A stretch of DNA of 64,000 nt, taken from contig NC_091997.1 in NCBI RefSeq assembly GCF_044704955.1, positions 78,678,001 to 78,742,000 on the forward strand, in the 5' to 3' direction. The DNA comes from Pristiophorus japonicus. Taxonomy: Eukaryota. Shown here one piece after another: positions 23,582 through 36,719 of this stretch (positions are counted from its first letter, which is position 1; the number at the start of each line of letters is the position of its first letter). The translations under genes and the position numbers were made by a program. The notes beneath the pieces were generated by a model. The model ran no database searches. It worked only from the letters and a program-made list of their open reading frames with translations, and was not told where the DNA came from.

Positions 23582-25094
23582 ATTAATGCGCATGTCCAGA
23601 AAGGTAAGAGAGCTTTTACGTTGGGTCTCTGCTTGTGATGAACTAACAAGACTAGATGCTACTTCGCCCTGTAGTTGATCAATGTGTGTGTATCACACTG
23701 GATAATGACTTTGCTAATTAACTTGCTTTCTGGTGCCACCCCATTTGCAGTCACATTCTTTTGAATCACCGTGCAATGATCCTGAGATATGCCAGGGGAT
23801 ATTTTAGCTTGCCGCACAGCCTTTATCCCCCTGTCAGTCATTCTTGCAGGTTTGATCCTGTTTTGTTTAACTTGGCAGTCTACCCAGATGTGGTGACATC
23901 ACCTGCGATTTCATCATTTCAGATATGTATGTTAGCAGAAAATGCAACAGAGAAGGGAGGGTGAATCAGATTTGCAAGGAAAATAAGGGCTGCTGACTTG
24001 CATTTGAATGAACGGTTACTATAACCCAAAGCGTTATCGTCAGGCAGGGAGGGACTTCTCTTGGACTGCTAGCTGAACATATCCCTTCTCTCCCACAGTA
24101 AGGGATTGGCACTGTCTTCGCTTAATGCTCAGGCTGTTCAGATGCACCATGTTTGCTTAAGAGGTGCTTGACTTTTGCCTTCGAGTTTTATGTATGATCA
24201 CAACTGGCTTTTTGCCTCTTTTGCTTTTCTGTTCCAGCTCCCTGGTCTGCAGTGCGAGCTGCTCTTCCCTGTGGACCCCCAAAAGCTGAACTTTGTCTCG
24301 GCAGGGTGCAAGACCTGTCCTGCTACAGAAGGCTCTTGTTTGCTTTGGCTGAGGATCCGAGCCAGCAGCGATGCACCATTGCCTGGCACACAAAACAAAA
24401 ATGAATCGCTTAATTTGTTTTTCAGGATTGCCTGTGGAAAGGTAGGTACGATCTCTAGTGTGCTTATAGTGATCACTTCTCCCCCTTTTCTCGTCTTCAA
24501 AGTGCATTTGGGATTAGTAAAGTTGCTTTTGAATGCCTTTTACAGTAGAGCAATATGATAGACTGGAGTAAAATAACAAAAGATGCCAGTCTGCAACTAT
24601 TGGGGGACAAGTTCACTACATTAAGGTTATTGTTCAAATATTTTCCTGCCAATCCCAGATTTGACTGAAAATGACTTGTTTTCACCTGCTAAAATATGGA
24701 AAATAATATCTGTACAATTGTTACTTACTGCAATTGAATGGACAGAATAGAACTAAATAAGGGCTTTCATAACTCAAGATCACTGTGTAAATTATATGAG
24801 AACCTTGAAAGATGGTAATATGATCGCGAGATGGTCCAATTTGTTTATCTTGGGCTATCATTTAGAGTTTATGTTCAGGACCTCTGTAAACTATTAACAA
24901 ATGTCGTGTCTTTGCCAAGCCCACATTCTGATACTCCCTGTTGCACCACGATTCAGTCCATTTCCTTTTTGCAAGTTGAACCAAGTCTATATTCGCTCTG
25001 CTTAGTTGAATCTATTCCACAAGTGAATCATCGTACAACATGAAGCAGTTACCCGCTCCAGTTGCTCCTGATGGTAAGCGAAGAGTGTGCGTAA

Positions 25095-25610
25095 CAATAA
25101 AAACAGGAAATGCTGGAAATACCCAGCGGGTAAGGCAGCATCCGTGGAGAGAGTTAACGTTTCAGGTCGACGGCCTTTCGTCAGAACTGGAACAAGTTAG
25201 ACGTGCGACGGGTGTAGGGGCAGGGAACGGAGGGAGGGGAGGAAAGAACAAAAGGGAAGGGTCTGTGATAGGGTGGAAGGCAGGAGCGATTATATGGCAA
25301 AAAGGGTGATGGTGCAAAGCAAAAGGAGATGGTAACGGCACAAGTTAAGAAACAAAAGATGAGTCTAGATAGGGTGTAAATGGAGATGGCAGAATCATCG
25401 ACAGCTGCCGTGAGAGAGAGGGAAAAAAACAGAAAAAAATGGGGGTAGCGGTTATGGTCTGAAATTGTTGAACTCTATGTTGAGTCCAGAAGGCTGTAAA
25501 GCGCCTAAACGAAGATGGAGTGTTGTTCCTCGAGCTTGCGTTGAGCTTCATTGGAACAGTGTCGGAGTCGAGGACGGAGAGATCAGAGTGGTAGTGGAGC
25601 GGGGAAATAA
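25095..25610 (-). mobile_element. Penelope-like element 3' end: GIY-YIG C-terminus, UTR and hammerhead
   Basis: Minus strand encodes HCSNEAQRKLEEQH...LNIEFNNFR (frameshifted), typical of the Penelope endonuclease C-terminus. Confidence 0.8.
25152..25188 (-). ncRNA. Minimal type I hammerhead ribozyme motif
   Basis: AGUU-CUGACGA-A-AGGCC-GUC-GACCU-GAAA-CGUU-AACU; stem I AGUU/AACU, palindromic AACGUU for stem III. Confidence 0.7.
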
Positions 25611-26909
25611 CGTGAGAATTTGTACATACCGCAGCATAATTATCTTCAAGATTTCAAAAGCTTGGATAACATCACCCCAATACCCTATACCATATACCAA
25701 TGGCCGCCCACAATGAAATGCATATACTATAATGAGATCACACGCGCGTTATGTAATTGGAAGTAATTTTAGTATCACAATTCCCGGAGTTGAGAAACCG
25801 CAAGGGATTTTAATACGCATAACTTCTCTGACGGGAATAATGCCCCAGATTTTCCTGTCCATATAACAGCTAATGGCGCTCACCATTATTTAAGCATAAA
25901 CCGTACAGCAACTTCAGGCAAGGGACAAATGCCACGACCCAAATGTTGCTGTCCGAGTTGCACCACTCGGCGTGAGCTTCGCAAAAACTGCCTTTTCTTG
26001 TCTGCCTCACCGTTGAACTGCATTGAATGTCGTGAAGTTGATGTATTTGGGTGGTTGTTACGAATTAAATTTGCCATGGAAGGTTACGTCTTGTCATTAC
26101 AAGCGCAAGTACCCTTTTAACAACGTGATAACTGTTAATTACTGCCAACCTCTCTGGCACTGAAAATTAACTAACAAAAGTGCAGAGTCTCATTCCTTCA
26201 GGTATTAATTGTTGTTGGAGATTTTAAATATTGAATGTTACTTTTTTTCTTTGTCTCTTTTCACTCTTTCTCAATCTTTCCTCTCTCTTTATGTCTCTTT
26301 CTGTAACTAACTTGGCATTGAATTCACCCGCTCCAATTTACACTTCCTTCTCACTCCTTTCTCTGCTTATTTCTCAATCCTCCAGTCTGATTGATGGAGG
26401 AGATACACTGTCAACCCAGCTCCCAGACGCCCCCATTCCCTCGCAACATCGCTATCATCTCACAATTTCAGCAACTTGACACGCAGAAAATCTATAAACC
26501 TAAACATGCAAGGGCAAGTCGAACTAACGGCAGATGCAATTGGAGGCCCTGCTACAGCAAGTTCTAGGCCATTCATTTCGGAAAGTGATCTCAATCATTT
26601 AAATCAAAACTTATTATAAGCATGATATACATGTAACTTACCTTCCAAATTAAGTTTGTGACGAATTTAGGATAAAGGCACTAAGGGCAATTAAAACCAT
26701 GTCACAGTCACCAGAAGATTTCACACATTCTCTCTCTTCACCCAAAGGCTTTTCTAAGGTACAATTCCACAGGGACGGAAAACCCAGTGGTATCTCACCA
26801 CGGGCCCATTACTCATGTGGAACCTTATTTTCTAAATTTTCTACGGACAGATTTGCAACTTTAGTTCTTGCAAGAGATTTTTAACTTTAGCTTGCAAAAC
26901 AAGCAACAT

Positions 26910-27760
26910 ATTGAAAAAAAACAGAAAAACAGAAATGGTCAGCGGGTCAGGCAGCAGCTGTGGAGAGAGAAACAGAGTTAACCTTTCGTCAGAATTGGAA
27001 CAAGTTAGACATGCAACGGGTGTAGGGACAGGGAAAGGGGGGAGGGGAGGAAAGAACAAAAGGGAAGGTCTGTGATAGGGTGGAGAGATTAAATGATAAA
27101 AGGGGTGCTAGGCAAAAGGAGATTGTAGTAGGACAAGTAAAGAAACAAAAGATAAAAGAAAGAAAGACTTGCATTTATGTAGCGCCTTTCACGACCACTG
27201 GACGTCTCAAAGCACTTTACAGTACTTTTGAAGTGCAGTCATTGTTGTAATGTGGAAAACGCGGCAGCCAATTTGTGCACAGCAAGCTGCCACAAACAGC
27301 AATGTGATAATGACCAGATAGTCTGTTTTTGTGATGTTGATTTTGGGATAAATATTGGCCAGGACACCGGGGATAATTTGCTCTTCTTCAAAATAGTGCC
27401 CTGGGATCTTTTACATCCACCTGAGAGAGCAAACGGGGCCTCGGGTTAACGTCTCATCTAAAAGACAGCACCTCCGACAGTGCAGCGCATGCAGCGCTCT
27501 CTCAGCACTGCACTGGAGTGTCAGTCTAACCCACAACCTTGTGACTCAGAGGCAAGTGTGCTACCCACTGAGCCACAGCTGACAATGGGTAGAGAAGTGG
27601 TCTAAATGGGAATAGCAGAGTCATCAACAGCTACCATCCGAAAAAAATTGGGGGCAGAGGTCCTGGTCTGAAATTGTTGAACTCGACGTTGAGTCCGGAA
27701 GGCTGTGAAATGCATCATCGAAAGATGAGGTGTTGTTCCCTGAGCTTACGTTGAGCTTCA
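26910..27760 (-). mobile_element. Second Penelope-like 3' fragment, interrupted by a DeuSINE (27155-27583)
   Basis: Paralogous to 25095-25560; the hammerhead has lost GAAA and stem II. Confidence 0.75.
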
Positions 27761-28437
27761 TATACATATTTTTAATGTTTAGATGATGTGTGCGATCATC
27801 CCCTGAGGAAATAGCGCAACGTTTTCATTATTTTTCTGATTGCCCAGAGATCTGAAAAACATGCTGATTAAGCAATGAATTTGAATGCTGTTGGTGAAGT
27901 TAAATATATGCAAATGCTGAATATGAAAAGACACAAAAGAGGAAATATTGCTGAAGAGATCATTGTTCCTACTAAGTGGTGTTGCTTTCTCCCCAGACTC
28001 TGAGTCAAGCAAGAACTAGCGGAGCACAACATCTAAAAGCTGTGGTAAGTTTATTTTTTGTCCCTCTAGTTATGGAAAAACACAAATTTTATTGTATTCT
28101 AGCCAAGATGCCTAAGAAAATAATTGGCAGCGGTTTACTTATAAATGCATTAAAAGCAATGGAACGATCATAGGTTGAATGTGAAACTACCCAGAAAAAT
28201 AAGACAGCAAAGCTATCACAAGCTTAGGGGTGTAGTACACTATCCCTACAGCCAGGTGGCACTAACCCAACTTTACGCAAAAGTACAATAGTGACACCTA
28301 AAGGCTGAACGTAACTGAACAAACCTCTCCGGAGCTCCACCTGTTTATCCAGAGAGCAACTCGGTCGTGTAAGCTAGGTTTGTTAACTATCTGAGGCCTT
28401 GTCTATGAAAAGAATGAAAGACTTCCATTTATACAAT

Positions 28438-31400
28438 GGGCTAGAAATTGGCCGGCCCTGCGTCCGTTTTTTTCGGCGATATTTCGTCTTTTTTGATGAG
28501 AAAAGGTGCTTACCTAAATCAGCTAAAGTTGTGCGCCGGCGGTTTTGAAATACCGCTGAAAAACAGACCGCCGCCGCCGTGCAACGTAAAAAAAAAGCGA
28601 TACCGCTTTAAATTAGCCATTCGACGCACCCGTATTCTGCGTGAAAAAAAAACGCCCGAGAAAAGCCTGCATTGTAGGCCCAGAAACAGCGGTAAGTATG
28701 AAGACCTGCAAAAAAAGGCAAGTTAAATTTTTTATTTGTTAATTCTTTTGCATCGATTACTTAGTTAAGGGTCTTGTAAATGTTTTGTGATTTCTTTTTT
28801 GCAATTTCTTTGTGTGTGTTTTCCCCTGTAATGTCTGTAAGCTTGTAATGTCTGTAGCTCCACACTATGGATGTGGACGTATTGTGTACTGCAATTGCAC
28901 AGTTAATAATAAACAGAACCAGGCAGATTTCCAGAGGCTTCCGATAGAGCTGCCTGCCATGTAGGAAGCTGTGTGTGCTTGTGCTCTGTGAAGATATTAC
29001 ATTTGGCGATTGAGATGGGATGTTTTGGCTGATTTACAGCTTAAATTTTGTTGGTGAAGGATTCAGCCAGCCGACAGAGAGACTTTGGAAGTTTCTGTCT
29101 TTGGAAAAAAAGCTACAAAATCCGAGGTAAAATACAGCACACAGTGCGAACAGCTAGAGATTAAAATGGTAGGTGCAATCGGACATTTTGGGGAATATAG
29201 ACACGACCGGGAACGTTTTAAAGCGTACGTGGATCGGCTAGAAATGTATTTCACTGCAAATAACATAATCGAAGTTCCAGACAATGCAGTCCAGAATCGG
29301 GCTGTGTTGGAACGTAAGAAAACGATCTTCTTTTCTGAGGTGGGTCCGGCATTAAACGAAATCTTTGTAAATCTCCTTGTGCCTGATTAGCCAAAGGACA
29401 CAATGCTTAAAGAGATTTTAACGAAGCTGGAGCAGCACTATAATCCCATACCGTTAGAAATTGCTGAAAGCTATCGTTTCGAGATTCGGAATCAAAAGGC
29501 TAATGAAAGTATCAGTGATTACATCGTAGCATTAAAAAAGCTATCGATGCACTGTACATTTGGAAACTTTCAAAACCGAGCATTATGGGATCATTTTGTT
29601 TGTGGGGTGAAAAATGATGTGATCAGAAGGAAGTTATTGACGATGGATGACTTGACTTTTGAGATTGCTTGTCAGACAGCGAGGTCGATGGGCATGGCCG
29701 AACAATATTCCCGCGAATTAAATAATGATTACGGTCATCAGTCAACTGAGGTAAATCACCTGTAGGTTCAAAGTAAAAGATGGTGGGGGCCCAAAGTCTC
29801 AGAAACTCGAAATTCTAATAGAGTGTCGAAGTCGTGCTATAGGTGCCTGGGACAACACATTGCTCAAAGTTGTCCATACATGAAGGCAGAGTGTTTCTTC
29901 TGTAGGAAGACTGGGCATCTTGCGAAGGCATGCCGACTGAACAGTAAACCAGTTTTAAAGCTATGAGTCCAGCTTTCAAAGCTTTGAGTAGAAATCCCAA
30001 GAGACTACATAGCATGGAAGAACAACAACAGGATGAGGAGATGTTAGAGTTACACGTCATCAGGAGCACGAGGTTAACGGACAGCGATTCAGAAAGCATC
30101 AAAATGCACGTAGATGTTGCGGGATTCAAGATACCAATGGAAATTGACACGGGTGCATCGTGAGTGCAGTACCGGAGTCACTATATCGTGACAAATTGCG
30201 TGATTTCCAACTGGAGATATCCAAGATAGAGCTGCGAGGCTACTCGGGAGAAAATATTCCTGTGGTAGGTCGTATCACTCTACCGGTGAAATATAAAGAT
30301 CAATTTCAGAACTAATAGTAGTGAAAGGAGACAAGTCTGCCTTACTAGGAAGAAATTGGTTGAGCTCACCGAAGATGGATTGGAGTAAGATTTTCGTGTG
30401 GAAGCGAGATTTTCATCAACGGATGAGGTTATCAAGAAGTATCCGAAGGTGTTCTGTGAAACGGGCAGTCCGATCCAAGGCTTCAAGGCGAGTGTCAGGG
30501 TACAGAAGGACGCTAGATCGGTTTACTACAAGCCACATTCTGTACAATAAGCACTCAAGGAGAAAGTTGAGCAAGTACTCAAAAGACTAGAGACTGAGAA
30601 CATTATTTGTAAGATAGATCGATGTAATTGGGCTACACACATTGTTGTTGTACCTAAGTCCGATGGTAAGGTAAGATTGTGTGGTGCTTATAAAGTAACC
30701 GTAAACCAGGTTCTAGAGGGTAATGTCCCCAATACATTGCCGAATATAGGAGATTTGTTCACAACACTGACAGGTGGTCAGATCTTCTCAAAACTGGATC
30801 TTACGAATGCCTACTTACAGCTTGAACGAGATGAGGAGTCCAAGTCATGTTTGACTATAAATACTCATCTAGGCCTATATCAATTTAATAGGCTACCGTT
30901 TGGAGTGTCTTCCACCCCTGCCATATTCCAAGAGGTGATGAACCAGATTTTGCAAGGTATTGAAGGGGTAGTAGGTTATTTGGATGAGATACTAACTTCA
31001 GCACCAAATAGGCAAATTCATAATAACATCTTGAATGAAGTCCTCAAACGGCTAGAGAAGCACAGAGTACGAGTGTCTGCTCTTACGTGTGAGTTATTTA
31101 AAAACTCAGTGGAGTACTTAGGGTACAGAGTAGACAAAGATGGTTTACATCCAACCATGGAAAAATTGGATGCAATTAGAAATGCACCCACTCCCAGGAA
31201 TGTCACTGAACTTTGTTCATTCTTGGGTCTTTTGAACTATTATGGGAAGTTCCTACCAAATTTGGCTACAGTATTACATCCACTGAATGAACTATTGAAA
31301 AAACAGGTCCATTGGAAGTGGTCAAAAGAATGCGATACAGCATTCAAGGAGAGTAAAAGCAAATTGGTAGAGAGCACCATGTTAGTTCACTATGAAGATT

Positions 31401-33782
31401 AAGCTAGCATGTGATGCCTCTCCGTATGGAGTTGGGGCAGTGATCTCTCATGTATTAAGTAGTGGGGAGGAGAGACCAATTGCTTTTGCTTCACGCAATC
31501 TCAGTGCCAGTGAGAGTAATTATGCGCAAATTGAAAGGGAAGCTTTGGCATTAATTTTTGGGGTCAAGAAGTTTCACAAATATTTGTATGGTCGTAAGTT
31601 TACCATCATTACAGATCATAAGCCCCTAACAGCAATCCTCCATCCAAGGTCCCTAGTTACATTAGCTGCAGCCCGAATGCAGAGATGGGCTTTGATTTTG
31701 TCAGCATATACATATGATATTGAATACAGATGATCAGCTGATCACAGTAATGCTGATGCAATGTCTAGATTGCCTTCCCCATCACAAGTTACACCCGATA
31801 GGGAAGAAGTGTTTTATTTTTCATACATTGATGAACTGCCAGTCACAGCTGAAGAGATTGGTAGAGCAACAAACGTGACCCAGTGATGTCAAAGGTGTAT
31901 GAGTATATTGCAAATGGATGGCCAAACAGGTAACAGACAAAGATACACATCCATTCTTCATTCGTAGGAATGAATTATCAATCAATAAAGATTGTATCAT
32001 GTGGGTGCAAGAATGGTTATACCAAATAAATTCAGGACCAAATTATTAGGAGACCTCCATGACCAGCAACTGGGAATGTGCTTGACCAAGAGTTTTGCAC
32101 GCAATTATTTATGGTGGCCAGGTGTTGATAAAGATATAGAGTACATCGTGAGTCAGTGTACAACATGTCAATCGGTAAGCAAGCAACCACCACCAGTACC
32201 ATTACAATCATGGAAATGGCTTCCCAGGGTGTGGCAAAAGCTACATATTGATTTTGCTGAGTTAGAAGGACAATAATTGTTCATTGTGATTGATAGCCAT
32301 TCGAAGTGGGTTGAGGTGTTCCAAATGTGGAAAATAACAACAAGCAAAACATTGGACATTTTACAGAAATTATTTTCTTCGTTTGGCCTCCCTGAAGAAA
32401 TTGTTTCGGAAAATGGACCACAATTTTGTTCAGAGGAATTTACACAATTCACGAGCAAAAATGGTGTGAAACATACCAAGGTTCCACCATATCAACCTGC
32501 TTCGAATGGTGCAGCAGAGCGCACTGTATAAATTGTGAAACGTGCCCTCATAAAACAAATGTTAGATCCAAATCCAAAGAAACGACAGTTGTCATTGGAT
32601 CACAAATTGGCTAATTTTTTGATTACATATCAAAATACTCCTCATACAACTACTGGGAGAACACCAGCAGAGTTGTTTCTCAAACGACAGCCACGAACCA
32701 GATTCTCATTGTTAAAGTCAAATTTGGCACAGTCCGTAGAAGAGACACAATTAAGACAGAAAGAGAATCATGATAGAGGTAGAGTAAAAGAGAGAAGTGT
32801 GAAATTAAACCAGAAGGTGAGAGTGAAGAACCATCACCATAAATGGTTAAAGTGGTTACCAGGAAGAGTGGTGAAGATATGTGGTCCTCGCACATATTTG
32901 GTAAAGATGTTTGATAATGGACAGGTTAGGTTTGTTCATATTGATCATATTTTACCTACAGACATGGAAGGAGTTGAAGGTGGGAATGATTCAATTATTT
33001 CTGACTCATCAGATAGTTTTGATACACCAGTAGCAAATCCTAAATCCAATGTACTGGAAACAAATCCAGGAGAGAATCAGAATGAAAGTCTGAGTCCGAG
33101 TCAGGAAAACAAAGAGCCTGAAGTTAGAGTGAGTTCAAATGAAAATCAAGGAAATTCCATGGAGTAAAACGTTCCTCAGGATGAGCCTTGAATGAGTTTA
33201 GATTCGACACCATGTTTGGAAAATTCTGTTCGAGAGCGAAGGTATCCTCTTCGAAACAGAAAACAAGCGGTAAAGTTAAATTTGTAAATATGGAAAAAAA
33301 ATACATTTATATCCTGTGTTATGAATAAACATGAAAGTTATGTATGATATTTGTTATAATAACTTCTTCATTAAGGAGGGAAAAGTGTAATATCTGTAAG
33401 TTTGTAATGTTTGTAGCTCCACACTATGGATGTGGACGTATTCTGTACTGCAATTGCACAGTTAATAATAAACAGAACCAGGCAGATTTCCGGAGGCTTC
33501 CGAGAGAGCTGCCTGCCATGTAGGAAGCTGTGTGTGCTTGACCTCTGTGAAGATATTACATCCCCACTCCCAGGGACTGTCTTTTTAGCAATAATCGGCC
33601 TCGGACTAAAGTTGGTGAAGACCGCAGTTTCCACAGTAAATCCTCGTGCAATGCCACTTTTTATCATTGGCCACATTTTGTTGCCAATTTTATACCTTTA
33701 AAAAATAGTGGTATTTGTAACGGTATTCATGGCAAAAAATGCTGTAAAAATTCCGCTATCACCAAACGACCAATTTCAACCC
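28438..33782. mobile_element. Harbinger-type MITE (28438-28826 plus 33561-33782)
   Basis: Imperfect TIRs gggctagaaattgg and ccaatttcaaccc; 3-bp TSD aat. Confidence 0.7.
28827..33560 (+). mobile_element. Full-length decayed Ty3/Gypsy LTR retrotransposon (Mag/K02A2.6-like)
   Basis: 175-bp LTRs at 28827-29001 and 33386-33560 (8 mismatches), TSD tcccc, PBS 29004-29021 resembling tRNA-Ser(GCT), PPT 33373-33385. Gag has two CCHC knuckles; PR DTGAS; RT YLDE; RNase H CDAS; integrase HHCC and catalytic core. Many stops and frameshifts. Confidence 0.95.
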
Positions 33783-34409
33783 AATGCTTTTCATGAACGC
33801 AGGATGATGAAAGCACTTTACAGCCAATGAAGTGCTTTTTTGAAGTGTTGGAAAGCAGGAAATGTGGTAGTCAATTTGCGCACAGCAAGCTCCCACAAGC
33901 AGCAATGGGATAAAGGCAAGATAATCTCTTGATTGAGGGAAAAATATCGGCCAGGACACTGGGGATAACTCCCCCTGCTCTTCTTCAAAATAATGCCGTG
34001 AGATCTTTTACCCGAGACAGCAGAAAAGACCTCGGTTTAGTGTCTCATCTGAAAGATGGCACCTCCAACAGTGCAGCATCCCTCGGAGTGTCCGCCTAGA
34101 TTTTTGTGCTCAAGTCCCTGGAGTAGGTCTTGAACCGACAACCTTCTGACTGAGAAGAAAGAGTGCTACCCACTGATCCATGGCTGAACTCTGAGTTAGT
34201 TGCTCTCAACCCAGGCAACGGTGGAGGTGCTAGAAATGGCCACGGTTCCCCCTGGTTAGGAAGGGTACAATGCGCCAATAAACTAACTACGATTCAGTCG
34301 GTTCTTGTGCGGTGATGCGATAATGCTACCAAAATGTCGGTGTTAAGGATGGCCAAGGACATTGGGCCAATTTGTGACCACCCTACCCATGGCTGACGTC
34401 ATCCCTGTG

Positions 34410-34561
34410 ATATCTTTCCGGAGACCACTAGCATAAGTACATGCTACAAGATGGCTCCTTAACAGAAACTGTTATCATGTGACCTTGCCACATGACCATT
34501 TATTTTTATGACATCAGTAGTTGCATTACATCAGTAGTCCACTAGGTGGCAGTCTATCACA
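34410..34561 (-). mobile_element. Possible LTR fragment carrying a CTCF motif
   Basis: Minus strand starts TGTGATAG with ctgccacctagtgg near that end; the other boundary and a TSD were not found. Confidence 0.35.
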
Positions 34562-35121
34562 ATCCCTATATGCCAACCCCCCACCCCACTCTTTGCCCAT
34601 CTTAGCAGAGACATAATGGCAGCCGGCAGCCAATTCAAGGGTGCTCTGTCAAGAATTCCTCTCTTGCCCCTTCAGAGATGGCCTGAAAAATATAATGAGG
34701 TCCAACTTCACTTGTGAATTGAGTGTGCAGTTTGGAGGAGGGAGATTCTCACCGTGGATGAGTGTCAGGATCGGCAACACTGGAGGAACATGTATAAATG
34801 GAGAACATGCATCAGAACGCTGTGGTTGGTGAATTTGACCACTTATGAAACTGACCAAATTTCAGCAATCTCCCGCCTGCCGCTTATCGGTTATGTACTT
34901 GTGATACAGAAATTGCACAAACACAACTGTCTTGGTTAGTTCACAAGTTGTTTTGAGGATATACGACGAGCATGAATGGCTGTGGCCAAGCCTGCCCTGC
35001 ACATCATCAGAGCCTCTGAGGCCGAGTCTTTGCATCTCCAGCTCCACCTCCCCCTTTAAGATCCTCTTTAGAAGCTCACCCCTTTGACCGATCGTTTGGT
35101 CATCCTTCCTAATCTTGGGTT

Positions 35122-35305
35122 CATAAGAAACAGGAGCAGGTGTAGGCCATATGGCCCCTCGAGCCTGCTCCGCCATCCAATACGACCATGGCTGATCTGA
35201 TCTTGGCCTCAATTCCACTTCCCTGCCCACTCCCCATGACCCTTGGGTCTCCCTTATCGTTGAAAGATCTGTCTATCTCCACCTTAAATATATTCAATGG
35301 CCACC
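35122..35305 (-). mobile_element. CR1 3' end
   Basis: cataagaaacaggagcagg tail plus 3' UTR. Confidence 0.75.
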
Positions 35306-35844
35306 CATTTCTCCATCCATCTCTGAAGCACCGTGGAAGGCTTTTCTGCGTCACATGCACCATATATGTTGTTGTCAGCATTGGCAGACTGGCGAGTTTG
35401 AAACACAAAATGAAGGGAACGCAGTGATGCAAATATATTACGTAAGAATGCGCATGGCTTCACCTCTGCACCTTCTGCTTTAGGTACAAGTGCAGTGTGG
35501 TTGCACAAGCGACTATTTCGGGAGACTGCCTACGTCAATTGGCAGTGTTTCACTTCTCTTGCTGCTGTTTCAGGTTTGCAGTATAAATTTACATTTATGA
35601 CTGTCACCCAGTCATTAGACACGAGTCACAATGCAATCAGAACTGCTTATTTGAATATTTCAACATTGACATATGCTTGCAGACCAACACTGGGATTGTC
35701 TCTCTGTGGTGTGGAGGTATGATTGATTACGTGTCATAAATATCCACAAATGCTGATGCTGTTAAAGTCAAACCACAAGTTCATAGTCAAGTCCAAAGCA
35801 AACAGGTATCTCACACAATTCAATAACTTTCATTAAACTGCTGA

Positions 35845-36105
35845 ATCTTCTTCTTCTTCAGCAGTCCCTCGGAGTCGAGGATGACTTGCTTCCACTCTAA
35901 TATGAGTTCTAAGGTGATTGAAGAGTCCAATGCGGGACCCACAGTCTCTGTCACAGGCGGGCAGGTGGTGGTTGAAAGGACGGGTGGGTGGGGTGCTTGG
36001 TTTGTCGTGCCCTCCTTCCGCTGTTTGCGCTTGGCTTCCGCGTGCTCCCGACGAAGAGACTCGAGGTGGTCGGGGCCTTCCCGGATGCTGCTACTCCGCT
36101 TTGAG
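35845..36105 (-). mobile_element. RTE 3' end with a (gaa)n tail
   Basis: cagtccctcggagtcgaggatgacttgcttcc terminus. Confidence 0.75.
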
Positions 36106-36508
36106 CAGTCTGAATAGCCTGTGGCTTTCGGCTGTGGTGAGTCACATTATCAAAGGCTGATGCCACCTGATCAACATAGGAGACCTTGGAGGATCAGAAG
36201 ATGCAGAAGAGGCTAGAGGGGTCACATTAAGGGGACGAAAATAATCTTCTAAATTCAAACGATAAAAATATTTTATGTAAACTAGAAAACATATTTTAGC
36301 ACTATCTAGGCAGAGAGAAAGAAGTGAGACCAGTGAGTGTAACAAGGAAGCAAATACAGAAACAGATAGACAGGAAAGTAGAGACGATAAAATAGATCAG
36401 GATGTGGTCTGAAATGAGAGGTCACGACATAGCACGTCAGTTTCGCAACGAGGGTCCGACTGATTGGAATCTCAAAATGAGATTGAGCTTCACAGGAAAC
36501 TCAAGTTA

Positions 36509-36700
36509 AAGCAGAAAATAGAAATACACAGCAGGTCTGTGGAGAGAGAAACCGAGTTAACGTTTTGGGTTGATGAAAGGTCACGGACCTGAAACCTTAA
36601 CTCTGTTTCTCTCTCCGCAGATGCTGCCTGACCTGCTGAGTGTTTCCAGCATTTTCTGTTTTTAGTTCAGATTTCCAGCGTCCACTGTATTTTCCTTTTG
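36509..36700 (+). mobile_element. Penelope terminal palindrome with a degenerate hammerhead
   Basis: 36509-36566 is an inverted repeat of 36591-36663; core tgatga-a-aggtc-acg-gacct-gaaa at 36571-36594. Confidence 0.65.
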
Positions 36701-36719
36701 TATCCGAAGTAAAGGTATA

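Larger units (their letters stand above)
28410..34186 (-). mobile_element. DeuSINE split by a MITE that itself contains a Gypsy element
   Basis: Tail start aaagacttccatttatac at ~28417 continues as gcttttcatga...cagccaatgaag from 33786. Confidence 0.75.

Noticed and set aside
24157-24507. Minus-strand ORFs as the terminal exon of a host gene
   Set aside because: No recognisable protein and no upstream coding exons were found; the splice signals are stronger on the plus strand.
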